Positions 1 to 8,455 of a stretch of DNA of 64,000 bases are shown here, in pieces. The notes beneath the pieces were generated by a model, which worked only from the letters and a program-made list of their open reading frames with translations, ran no database searches and was not told the origin of the DNA. Each line of letters opens with the position of its first letter. The stretch's first letter is position 1. The DNA lies in assembly GCA_963664875.1 (NCBI GenBank), contig OY761611.1, forward strand, positions 1,824,001 to 1,888,000, given 5' to 3'. Source of the stretch: Candidatus Kapaibacterium sp. (GTDB lineage Bacteria; Bacteroidota; Ignavibacteria; Kapaibacteriales; UBA2268). Both the position numbers and the translations under genes were made by a program.

Positions 1-436
1 GAAAACTACTGTCATCATACAAAGGCTGTCTGAGGATAGGTGAATCTATGCCAAACTCCTTAAATACGGGAACTTCTTTGTCAAACCTGATGATTGTATC
101 GTCAGTAATGTAATCTATACCAAAATTATACCTTGCAAGTGCTGAATGTTTGGTAAAGTTAATTACTGACTCACAATTTGCCTGACTTGACCACTTTGTG
201 TATCTTATTGTATCCTTACCTCTTACTATCTCATCCACATGCCAGGTAGTATCGCCCGATGGTGGAATTATCCAAAATCCTCTATCTGTTCCTACCCAAA
301 GATTCCCGGTAGAGTCAAACGAATGTTGAGTTAATACCACACCTTTTATATATTCAAAATATACGGGGTCGTTCCAGCGTTCTGCTTTGCTGCTGATTGC
401 TGTAATCAGGAGGAGTAAATATATGGTGTATTTCAT
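1..436 (-). CDS. Partial (runs off window edge) 4th paralog of the tandem T9SS cargo array
   Basis: ATG at 436; my translation MKYTIYLLLLITAISSKAERWNDPVYFEYIKGVVLTQHSFDSTG...DSPILRQPLYDDSSF is near-identical to the N-termini of 478..1905 and 1946..3370. Confidence 0.9.
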   Translation of the reverse strand, partial: MKYTIYLLLLITAISSKAERWNDPVYFEYIKGVVLTQHSFDSTGNLWVGTDRGFWIIPPSGDTTWHVDEIVRGKDTIRYTKWSSQANCESVINFTKHSALARYNFGIDYITDDTIIRFDKEVPVFKEFGIDSPILRQPLYDDSSF

Positions 437-477
437 AGTTTGCCTCTTTGATTGGATTGTTTGGGTAATTATCATTA

Positions 478-1905
478 CTACTCTACCGCGAAACCTATGC
501 TACGCTTCTCGCTGCCATTGTCTATCACAAGGTAGTAGATTCCGGTACTTATATCCTCAACATCTATCTGTTTACTGCCGAATGCCTCCGAGGCGTTGTA
601 ACTGTAACTGCCGTCAAGCTCCTTAATTTTGCAGCCCATATAGTCATATATTTCAAATTTTACTTTCTCGCGGTAATTTGGATTCAAAAAGAAGTTTACC
701 GTTACCATACGTTTCGCAGGATTTGGGTATAGCTTAGTAGGCAGTACCGTTGGGAAACCCTCTGTTTCTTCAGCTACTGAGGTAGTGTCCTTATAGATAT
801 TATAACTTACTGCACCCTGATAATGCCACTTGCCGTCTTTGCCCTTTATTCCATCACTCCAATAAAAGAAAAACCACAAGCACTTTTTATCCGGTGACAT
901 ATATAGTCGCTCAGGGCCTTCGTATTCCCTTATTGGATCATTTGGTCTGTCAATCAATTCCCAATCTTTGCCTTTGTATTTGATAAAAAAACCATAGTGT
1001 TCATGAATATAAGTAATGTGTGCGATACTGAAATCTTCATTTACTTCTCTGATATTAAATTGTGCATCAGGATTTACGTTTTTACATGTATCGTGCATCG
1101 CAGTAGTCGATAAATCTTCGACTGTATAGTCCATAGTGTATAAATTCAATGTAAACATCTGCCATTTGTTATTCGTAAAATATAGCAGACTGTCTTTAAA
1201 CAAATATGATTCTATTTTTTGATTAGTGTCCTGAACCAATTCTCTCAAATTTACCGCATATTTCCCTTTTTCATCAAAATATGTGATATTGTAATAATAG
1301 GATGGATATACATAATTATCTTTTAGTTTATGGAGTTTATAATCTTCATATTTTATCTGTGGGACATAAGGCACACTATCATAACTAATCAAAAATTCCC
1401 ATTCTAAGGTTCTTTCCGAAAATTTGAATACTCCCGGATATTTATATACATAATTTTCTATCTTGCACAGAAAACTACTATCATCATACAAAGGCTGTCT
1501 GAGGATAGGTAAATCTATGCCAAACTCCTTAAATACAGGAACTTCTTTGTCAAACCTGATGATTGTATCGTCAGTAATATAATCTATGCCATAATTATAT
1601 CTTGCAAGTGCTGAATGTTTGGTAAAGTTAATTACTGACTCACAATTTGCCTGACTTGACCACTTGGTGTATCTAATTGTATCCTTACCTCTTACTATCT
1701 CATCCACATGCCAGGTAGTATCGCCCGATGGTGGGATTATCCAAAATCCTCTTGTAGAACCAACCCACAAATTCCCGGTAGAGTCAAACGAATGTAGGGT
1801 TAAATTTACGCCTTTCAGGTATTCAAAATATACGGGGTCGTTCCAGCGTTCTGCTTTGCTGCTGATTGCTGTAATCAGGAGGAGTAAATATATAGTGTAT
1901 TTCAT
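478..1905 (-). CDS. Secreted protein with T9SS type A C-terminal sorting domain; probable beta-propeller body
   Basis: Signal peptide; FDSTGNLWVG blade-like motif; C-terminal LYPNPA...GIYYLVI...FAVE typical of a T9SS CTD. Confidence 0.85.
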   Translation of the reverse strand: MKYTIYLLLLITAISSKAERWNDPVYFEYLKGVNLTLHSFDSTGNLWVGSTRGFWIIPPSGDTTWHVDEIVRGKDTIRYTKWSSQANCESVINFTKHSALARYNYGIDYITDDTIIRFDKEVPVFKEFGIDLPILRQPLYDDSSFLCKIENYVYKYPGVFKFSERTLEWEFLISYDSVPYVPQIKYEDYKLHKLKDNYVYPSYYYNITYFDEKGKYAVNLRELVQDTNQKIESYLFKDSLLYFTNNKWQMFTLNLYTMDYTVEDLSTTAMHDTCKNVNPDAQFNIREVNEDFSIAHITYIHEHYGFFIKYKGKDWELIDRPNDPIREYEGPERLYMSPDKKCLWFFFYWSDGIKGKDGKWHYQGAVSYNIYKDTTSVAEETEGFPTVLPTKLYPNPAKRMVTVNFFLNPNYREKVKFEIYDYMGCKIKELDGSYSYNASEAFGSKQIDVEDISTGIYYLVIDNGSEKRSIGFAVE

Positions 1906-1945
1906 AGTTAGCCTTTTGGATTGGATTTTTGGGTAATTATCATTA

Positions 1946-3370
1946 CTACTCTACCGCGAAACCTATGCTACGCTTTTCGCTGCCATTGTCTATCACAAGG
2001 TAGTAGATTCCGGTACTTATATCCTCAACATCTATCTGTTTACTGCCGAATGCCTCGGAGGCGTTGTAACTGTAACTGCCGTCAAGTTCCTTAATTTTGC
2101 AGCCCATATAGTCATATATTTCAAATTTTACTTTCTCGCGGTAATTTGGATTCAAAAAGAAGTTTACCGTTACCATACGTTTCGCAGGATTTGGGTATAG
2201 CTTAGTGGGCAGTACCGTTGGGAAACCCTCTGTTTCTTCAGCTACTGAGGTAGTGTCCTTATAGATATTATAACTTACTGCTCCCTGGAAGTGCCACTTG
2301 CCGTCTTTGCCCTTTATTCCATCGCTCCAATGAAAGAAAAACCACATACGCTTTTTGTCAGGGGAAATATATATTCGTCCCGGTGAAACATATTGTCTGA
2401 CTGGATCGTTAGGTCTGTCTATCATTTCCCAATCTCTATCTTTATATTTGATGTAAAACCTTGCGTAATCAATATCTGCAACAAAAGCAATGCAGAAATC
2501 TTCATTTACTTCTCTGATATTGAACACTATATTCTCACTTGCTTTTATACTTGTATCGTACATCGCAGTTGTCGATAAATCTTCGACTGTATAGTCCATA
2601 GTGTATAAATTCAATGTAAACATCTGCCACTTGTTATTAGTAAAATATAGCAGACTGTCTTTAAATAAATATGATTCTATTTTTTGATTTGTGTCCTGAA
2701 CCAATTCTCTCAAATTTACCGCATATTTCCCTTTTTCATCAAAATATGTGATATTGTAATAATAGGATGGATATACATACTTATCCTTTAGTTTATGGAG
2801 TTTATAATCATCATAACTTATCTGCGGTACATAAGGCACACTATCATAACTCATCAAAAATTCCCATTCTAAGGTTCTTTCCGAAAATTTGAACACTCCC
2901 GGATATTTATATACATAATTTTCAATCAAGCACAGAAAACTACTGTCATCATACAAAGGCTGCCTGAGGAGAGGCGAATCTATGCCAAACTCCTTAAATA
3001 CGGGAACTTCTTTGTCAAACCTGATGATTGTATCGTCAGTAATATAATCTATGCCATAATTATACCTTGCAAGTGCTGAATGTTTGGTAAAGTTAATCAC
3101 TGACTCACAATTTGCCTGACTTGACCACTTGGTGTATCTAATTGTATCCTTACCTCTTACTATCTCATCCACATGCCAGGTAGTATCGCCGGATGGTGGG
3201 ATTATCCAAAATCCTCTATCTGTTCCTACCCAAAGATTCCCGGTAGAGTCAAACGAATGTTGAGTTAATACCACACCTTTTATATATTCAAAATATACGG
3301 GGTCGTTCCAGCGTTCTGCTTTGCTGCTTAATACTGTAATCAGGAGGAGTAAATATATGGTGTATTTCAT
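1946..3370 (-). CDS. Secreted protein with T9SS CTD; tandem paralog
   Basis: Near-identical to 478..1905 outside a variable patch; identical CTD. Confidence 0.85.
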   Translation of the reverse strand: MKYTIYLLLLITVLSSKAERWNDPVYFEYIKGVVLTQHSFDSTGNLWVGTDRGFWIIPPSGDTTWHVDEIVRGKDTIRYTKWSSQANCESVINFTKHSALARYNYGIDYITDDTIIRFDKEVPVFKEFGIDSPLLRQPLYDDSSFLCLIENYVYKYPGVFKFSERTLEWEFLMSYDSVPYVPQISYDDYKLHKLKDKYVYPSYYYNITYFDEKGKYAVNLRELVQDTNQKIESYLFKDSLLYFTNNKWQMFTLNLYTMDYTVEDLSTTAMYDTSIKASENIVFNIREVNEDFCIAFVADIDYARFYIKYKDRDWEMIDRPNDPVRQYVSPGRIYISPDKKRMWFFFHWSDGIKGKDGKWHFQGAVSYNIYKDTTSVAEETEGFPTVLPTKLYPNPAKRMVTVNFFLNPNYREKVKFEIYDYMGCKIKELDGSYSYNASEAFGSKQIDVEDISTGIYYLVIDNGSEKRSIGFAVE

Positions 3371-3410
3371 AGTTTGCCTCTTGGATTGGATTTTTGGGTA
3401 ATTATCATTA

Positions 3411-4850
3411 CTACTCTACCGCGAAACCTATGCTACGCTTTTCGCTGCCATTGTCTATCACAAGGTAGTAAATCCCGGTACTTATATCCTCAACATCTAT
3501 CTGTTTACTGCCGAATGCCTCGGAGGCGTTGTAGCTGTAACTGCCGTCAAGTTCCTTAATTTTGCAGCCCATATAGTCATATATTTCAAATTTTACTTTC
3601 TCGCGGTAATTTGGATTCAAAAAGAAGTTTACCGTTACCATACGTTTCGCAGGATTTGGGTATAGCTTAGTGGGTAGTACCGTTGGGAAACCCTCTGTTT
3701 CTTCAGCTACTGAGGTAGTGTCCTTATAGATATTATAACTTATTAAAAATTTATACATTTCTCTTCCATTAATCACAGTATCCGGAATTACTGTGTAGAA
3801 GAAATAAAACCATACCTTATCTTTATCAGGAGAAAATACCGGGTACTCAGGCCCGTCAACTGAGTATTTACCTAAGAAAGATCTGTCTATTACCCGCCAA
3901 TCTCCACCTTTATATTTAATATATATCGAGCTGTCTATTTTTTGATAGAGATTATTAGTCATCATAAAGTCGTCATTAATTTCCCAAATTGATATGTATA
4001 AATTTGGATTTGCATCAATATGGTTTTTGTACATAGGAGTAGCTCTCAAATCTTCGACTTCATAATTAAAAGTATTCAAGTTGATTTTATACCACAAATT
4101 AGAAGGAGTTGTGTAATGTAAGATACTATCTTTGAAATAGTATGATACTGACATCAGAGAAGTATCTTCTGTCAATTCGAGAAGATTCACTCCATATCTC
4201 TTACTTTCGTTAAAAAAAGTAATCCCGGAATTGTAATTAGCGTATATATAGAAATCATTCCATTTGTAAAATGGAAATGCATACATCGCCAAATTAGGTA
4301 CAGTGTAAGTTGAATCAAATTTACAAAGTCGAGTCCATTCTTTGGTTTGTTCAGAATATTTAAAAAAACCTAAATACTTATGAAGACCATCTGCAATTAG
4401 GCATATATATGAGCTATCATAATAGAAAGCACTCTGAATGTTTAGTTTTAAGATATTAAATTGACTGAAAAATGGGTAGGTATTATCAAATCGAACTAAT
4501 TCATTAGATGTCAGATAGAATATTGTGTCATTGCAATGCCCCAAAGCAGTCTCCTCATGCCATAGAATATAGGCTTTTTTATTAGTAGGGTCATTTGCAT
4601 ATTGATTGTACCAGAGTGTATCATTGTTTCGCGCTAAGAAAGGTATATATTCTGCAGTATCTTTCCCATCAGCAACTACCCAAAAGCCTTTGTTAGTCGC
4701 AAACCACAAGTTGTCTTCATAATCGTAGCTCGAGACAGTACTTTCAACCCAAACATAATCATAGCCATCTAAATATATTTTTTTACTCCATTCACCGGAA
4801 GTAAGATTAATAGAATACATTATACTTATGATAATAAAAAACAGTCTCAT
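3411..4850 (-). CDS. Secreted protein with T9SS CTD; divergent paralog
   Basis: Likely start ATG 4850 (MRLFF, preceded by AAGGAAA); body divergent but colinear; C-terminus from SYNIYKDTTSV identical to the other copies. Confidence 0.85.
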   Translation of the reverse strand: MRLFFIIISIMYSINLTSGEWSKKIYLDGYDYVWVESTVSSYDYEDNLWFATNKGFWVVADGKDTAEYIPFLARNNDTLWYNQYANDPTNKKAYILWHEETALGHCNDTIFYLTSNELVRFDNTYPFFSQFNILKLNIQSAFYYDSSYICLIADGLHKYLGFFKYSEQTKEWTRLCKFDSTYTVPNLAMYAFPFYKWNDFYIYANYNSGITFFNESKRYGVNLLELTEDTSLMSVSYYFKDSILHYTTPSNLWYKINLNTFNYEVEDLRATPMYKNHIDANPNLYISIWEINDDFMMTNNLYQKIDSSIYIKYKGGDWRVIDRSFLGKYSVDGPEYPVFSPDKDKVWFYFFYTVIPDTVINGREMYKFLISYNIYKDTTSVAEETEGFPTVLPTKLYPNPAKRMVTVNFFLNPNYREKVKFEIYDYMGCKIKELDGSYSYNASEAFGSKQIDVEDISTGIYYLVIDNGSEKRSIGFAVE

Positions 4851-4877
4851 AGTATTTCCTTTCAAAATAGTATATGG

Positions 4878-4908
4878 AATCGGAACCAATCTAAGATTGA
4901 TTCCGATT
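4878..4908. other. Intra-operon stem-loop
   Basis: Minus strand AATCGGAATCAATC-TTA-GATTGGTTCCGATT just after the stop of 4915..5592; U-tract only on the plus strand. Confidence 0.6.
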
Positions 4909-4914
4909 TTTTTA

Positions 4915-5592
4915 TTATTGACATTTTACATCACATTCGATTTCAATGGGCTCTTCACCTCTAATAGAATCTTCTGGATAGTAATAAGATGTGCCTGGAC
5001 AGGTATTTCCTATATTTGCTTTTCTGCTTATTAAAGTTTGCGATAGCTCTAACTCTTGAGTTACAGGATTCCAAGTCCAACAGTCTTCATAAATGCTCAA
5101 GCATGTGGCATCTTCATCACATCGTACATATTCGAAAACCGGACGAAGCCAAGTTTCGTCGCCTTCAGTTCTTACATAGCACTCATTTACAGATGTGCAG
5201 GCTGCAGAAATTAGATGGACTGTGATTTGCCTACCTACATTACAAAAGATATAAGGTATTTCCAAATCTTCAGTTAGTTTCTTAACAAGAAGTTTGTTCC
5301 ATTCGTCTATAGACTCCCAATAGTTCTCTTTGAAACGACGCATAGCTTCTTTGGTTTCTTCCTCACATTCCGGACTTTTTGCTACGAACTCAACATGATG
5401 AAATTCGACATTTAAAACAAAATTTTGATTATCATAAAGATAACAAGCAACTACCCTGATTTGGTAGCAATCAGTTTCTTCAACATCAATAGTTATAGCT
5501 GTATATCCGGGTTCGCACTGTGCTTGTGCTTTAGAAGAAAATGCCAGGATGGCAAATAACATTAAAGATACAGATAATATGAAATGTTTCAT
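4915..5592 (-). CDS. Secreted cysteine-rich hypothetical protein
   Basis: Signal peptide ending AQA-Q; 13 Cys in the mature part; acidic; RBS AAGGAAG. Confidence 0.8.
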   Translation of the reverse strand: MKHFILSVSLMLFAILAFSSKAQAQCEPGYTAITIDVEETDCYQIRVVACYLYDNQNFVLNVEFHHVEFVAKSPECEEETKEAMRRFKENYWESIDEWNKLLVKKLTEDLEIPYIFCNVGRQITVHLISAACTSVNECYVRTEGDETWLRPVFEYVRCDEDATCLSIYEDCWTWNPVTQELELSQTLISRKANIGNTCPGTSYYYPEDSIRGEEPIEIECDVKCQ

Positions 5593-5836
5593 GTGTATCT
5601 TCCTTTACTAAAATTAGAAAATATATTTAATACACATGACAAGTACTTGGATACTCGTCTATCCAATATGCACCGGCCTTTTAAATGTTTTGACTGCAAT
5701 TATTGTCCGGCGTTAAGTGGAGGTCGGGCATTTTTACCCGGCCTCTGCTATTTCTAACTTACCATTAGAAATTAGCACCTAAAAGTGTCATTAAGTAACC
5801 ATATCGTCTTTCCTGTATATGTTATTGATTTATCTT

Positions 5837-5864
5837 AATATAGAAAAAAAAAAAAACATAGCAA
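5837..5864 (-). promoter_or_regulatory. Putative sigma70-type promoter with T13 tract in the spacer
   Basis: TTGCTA-[TG T13 C, 16 bp]-TATATT on the minus strand, upstream of the 5592 operon. Confidence 0.5.
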
Positions 5865-5944
5865 AGGAATTTTTGCAAATCTTAAAATAAATATTGATTT
5901 TACGTATAAACCCTTAATTTCCATTTCTACGTGTTTTCCGCAAT

Positions 5945-5983
5945 AAAAAACCGCACTACTCCACTATTTGGAATAATGCGGCT
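5945..5983 (-). terminator. Intrinsic terminator of aconitase gene
   Basis: CCGCATTATTCCA-AATAG-TGGAGTAGTGCGG followed by T6. Confidence 0.8.
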
Positions 5984-6004
5984 ATGTCTATTTATATATA
6001 CAGT

Positions 6005-8266
6005 TTAGGCGTTTTGCTGCTTGATAAGATTCAATGCAGATCCGGCTTTAAACCAAGCAATTTGCGACTCATTATAAGTATGAATTGTTTCAATTTCGTC
6101 TAAGCTTCCGTCAGAATGTTTAAGAATTACCTTAACTTTTTTACCCGGAGCAAAGTCTTTAATTAATACATCTATGGTATCATCTTCCAATATCTTGTTA
6201 TAATCGTCTTTATTATCAAATGTAAGAGCCAACATTCCCTGCTTTTTAAGGTTTGTTTCATGAATTCGGGCAAAAGATTTGGTAAGCACTACTCTTACGC
6301 CAAGATGACGAGGTTCCATAGCAGCATGTTCGCGTGAAGAGCCTTCTCCGTAGTTTTCATCACCCACAACAATAGAGCCTATGCCCTGAGCTTTGTATGC
6401 TCTCTGCACTTTAGGCACTTCGTCGAAGCTACCATCGAGCTGATTTTTAACACTATTGGTTTCTTCATTGAAGAAATTAACAGCACCTGTCAGCATATTG
6501 TCAGAAATATTATCCAAGTGACCTCTAAATCTCAACCAAGGCCCGGCCATAGAGATATGGTCAGTAGTGCATTTTCCTTTTGCTTTTATTAGGAGCTTCA
6601 AGCCGGTCATATCCTTGCCGTCCCAAGCACTGAAAGGCTCTAATAATTGTAGTCTGCTCGAAGCAGGATCTACCAATACTTCTACATTAGAGCCATCTTC
6701 TGCAGGTGCCTGATAGCCGGCATCTTCTACTTCAAAGCCTTTTTGCGGAAGTTCGTCGCCTGTCGGCGCATCAAGCATTACTTCCTGCCCGTCTTCATTT
6801 ATCAGTTTATCAGTAAGCGGATTAAAGCTCATACTTCCTGCAATAGCTAAAGCAGTTACAATTTCAGGAGAAGCAACAAAACCATGTGTATTAGGGTTGC
6901 CGTCGTTTCTTTTCGCAAAGTTTCTGTTGAAAGAAGTAATAATAGAGTTTTTCTCTTTTTTATCAGCACCATGGCGAGCCCACTGGCCAATGCAAGGTCC
7001 GCAGGCATTAGCAAGCACTACGCCGCCGATTTTAGCAAAATCATCAATAAACCCGTCACGTTCGATAGTGTATCTAACAATTTCCGAACCCGGAGTGATG
7101 GTATATTCCGATTTGACTTTCAAATTTTTTGCAACAGCCTGCTTAGCTAAAGAAGCAGCTCTTGAAATATCCTCATAAGATGAGTTTGTACAAGAACCAA
7201 TAAGACCAACTTCTAATTTTTCAGGCCAGTCGTTTTCTTTCACTGCTTCAGCCATTTTGCTGATAGGAGTTGCAAGGTCAGGAGTAAACGGACCATTGAT
7301 ATGTGGCTCTAATTCAGAAAGATTAATTTCGATAACCTGATCAAAATATTTTTCAGGATTAGCATAAACTTCTGCATCGCCGGTTAGATACTCGGCATTA
7401 GCCTGAGCCATATCTGCTACTTCTTTTCTGCCCGTAGCAGCGAGGTAATCATACATTTTTTGGTCGAATCCAAAAGTAGAAGTAGTAGCTCCGATTTCAG
7501 CACCCATATTGCAGATAGTACCTTTACCGGTACAGGAGAGTGACTGAGCACCTTCTCCGAAGTATTCTACAATAGCTCCCGTACCGCCTTTCACGGTAAG
7601 GATACCTGCTACTTTGAGTATAACGTCTTTTGCGGCAGTCCATCCACTCATTTTGCCTGTCAATTTCACGCCTATAAGTTTAGGATACTTCAACTCCCAA
7701 GGCATTCCTGCCATTACGTCCACTGCGTCAGCACCACCAACTCCGATAGCAATCATGCCAAGTCCGCCGGCATTTGGCGTATGCGAATCGGTACCAATCA
7801 TCATCCCGCCCGGGAAAGCATAATTTTCCAAAACGACCTGGTGGATAATACCGGCACCCGGTTTCCAAAAACCTATGCCATATTTATTAGATACAGATGC
7901 AAGAAAGTCGTAAACTTCTTTGTTAGTATCTTTAGCAACTTCCAAATCTTTATCAGCTCCGACTTTCGCCTGTATAAGGTGGTCGCAGTGCACAGTAGAT
8001 GGCACGGCAGTGCGGCTTTTTCCTGCCTGCATAAACTGTAGTAGTGCCATCTGAGCAGTAGCATCCTGCATTGCAACTCTATCGGGGCTAAAGTTGACGT
8101 AATCTTCGCCACGTTTAAAATCATTCAAATCATTTTGCTCATAAAGGTGAGCAAGAAGAATTTTTTCCGCTAAAGTAAGCGGTCTGCCTGTTACTTCCTT
8201 TGCTTTGTTCACTTTAGCAGCAAAAGAAGCATAGTGCCTTTTAAGCATCTCAAGATCAAAAATCAT
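6005..8266 (-). CDS. acnA: Aconitate hydratase (mitochondrial-like type)
   Basis: [60 protein letters not shown] motifs. Confidence 0.95.
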   Translation of the reverse strand: MIFDLEMLKRHYASFAAKVNKAKEVTGRPLTLAEKILLAHLYEQNDLNDFKRGEDYVNFSPDRVAMQDATAQMALLQFMQAGKSRTAVPSTVHCDHLIQAKVGADKDLEVAKDTNKEVYDFLASVSNKYGIGFWKPGAGIIHQVVLENYAFPGGMMIGTDSHTPNAGGLGMIAIGVGGADAVDVMAGMPWELKYPKLIGVKLTGKMSGWTAAKDVILKVAGILTVKGGTGAIVEYFGEGAQSLSCTGKGTICNMGAEIGATTSTFGFDQKMYDYLAATGRKEVADMAQANAEYLTGDAEVYANPEKYFDQVIEINLSELEPHINGPFTPDLATPISKMAEAVKENDWPEKLEVGLIGSCTNSSYEDISRAASLAKQAVAKNLKVKSEYTITPGSEIVRYTIERDGFIDDFAKIGGVVLANACGPCIGQWARHGADKKEKNSIITSFNRNFAKRNDGNPNTHGFVASPEIVTALAIAGSMSFNPLTDKLINEDGQEVMLDAPTGDELPQKGFEVEDAGYQAPAEDGSNVEVLVDPASSRLQLLEPFSAWDGKDMTGLKLLIKAKGKCTTDHISMAGPWLRFRGHLDNISDNMLTGAVNFFNEETNSVKNQLDGSFDEVPKVQRAYKAQGIGSIVVGDENYGEGSSREHAAMEPRHLGVRVVLTKSFARIHETNLKKQGMLALTFDNKDDYNKILEDDTIDVLIKDFAPGKKVKVILKHSDGSLDEIETIHTYNESQIAWFKAGSALNLIKQQNA

Positions 8267-8455
8267 TACATTGCACCTATATATATAGAAAGAAACCTAA
8301 TTACTAAATTATAAGAAGTAGGCTGTACCTATTAATCCTTATTCAAATTATGATTTTCACCCTGAATTAGCTCACAATTAACACAAAGATTGTATTTTTC
8401 ATTCGAAATCTTAAATCCAATCCAGTACTTGTATCATTATTTTATCGGAGCAGTA

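Larger units (their letters stand above)
1..3742. repeat. Tandem gene-length direct repeats (unit about 1.47 kb)
   Basis: Start codons at 436, 1905 and 3370 (spacing 1469 and 1465); shared 3' cassette and 40-41 bp spacer; homology to the divergent copy ends at about 3742. Confidence 0.95.

Noticed and set aside
437-3410. CRISPR-like array from the 40-41 bp repeated spacers
   Set aside because: The repeats are separated by ~1.4 kb genes and are part of the gene duplication unit; no cas genes.
1-3742. Diversity-generating retroelement behind the paralog variation
   Set aside because: Differences include many synonymous and non-adenine changes plus an indel; no reverse transcriptase or template repeat is in the window.
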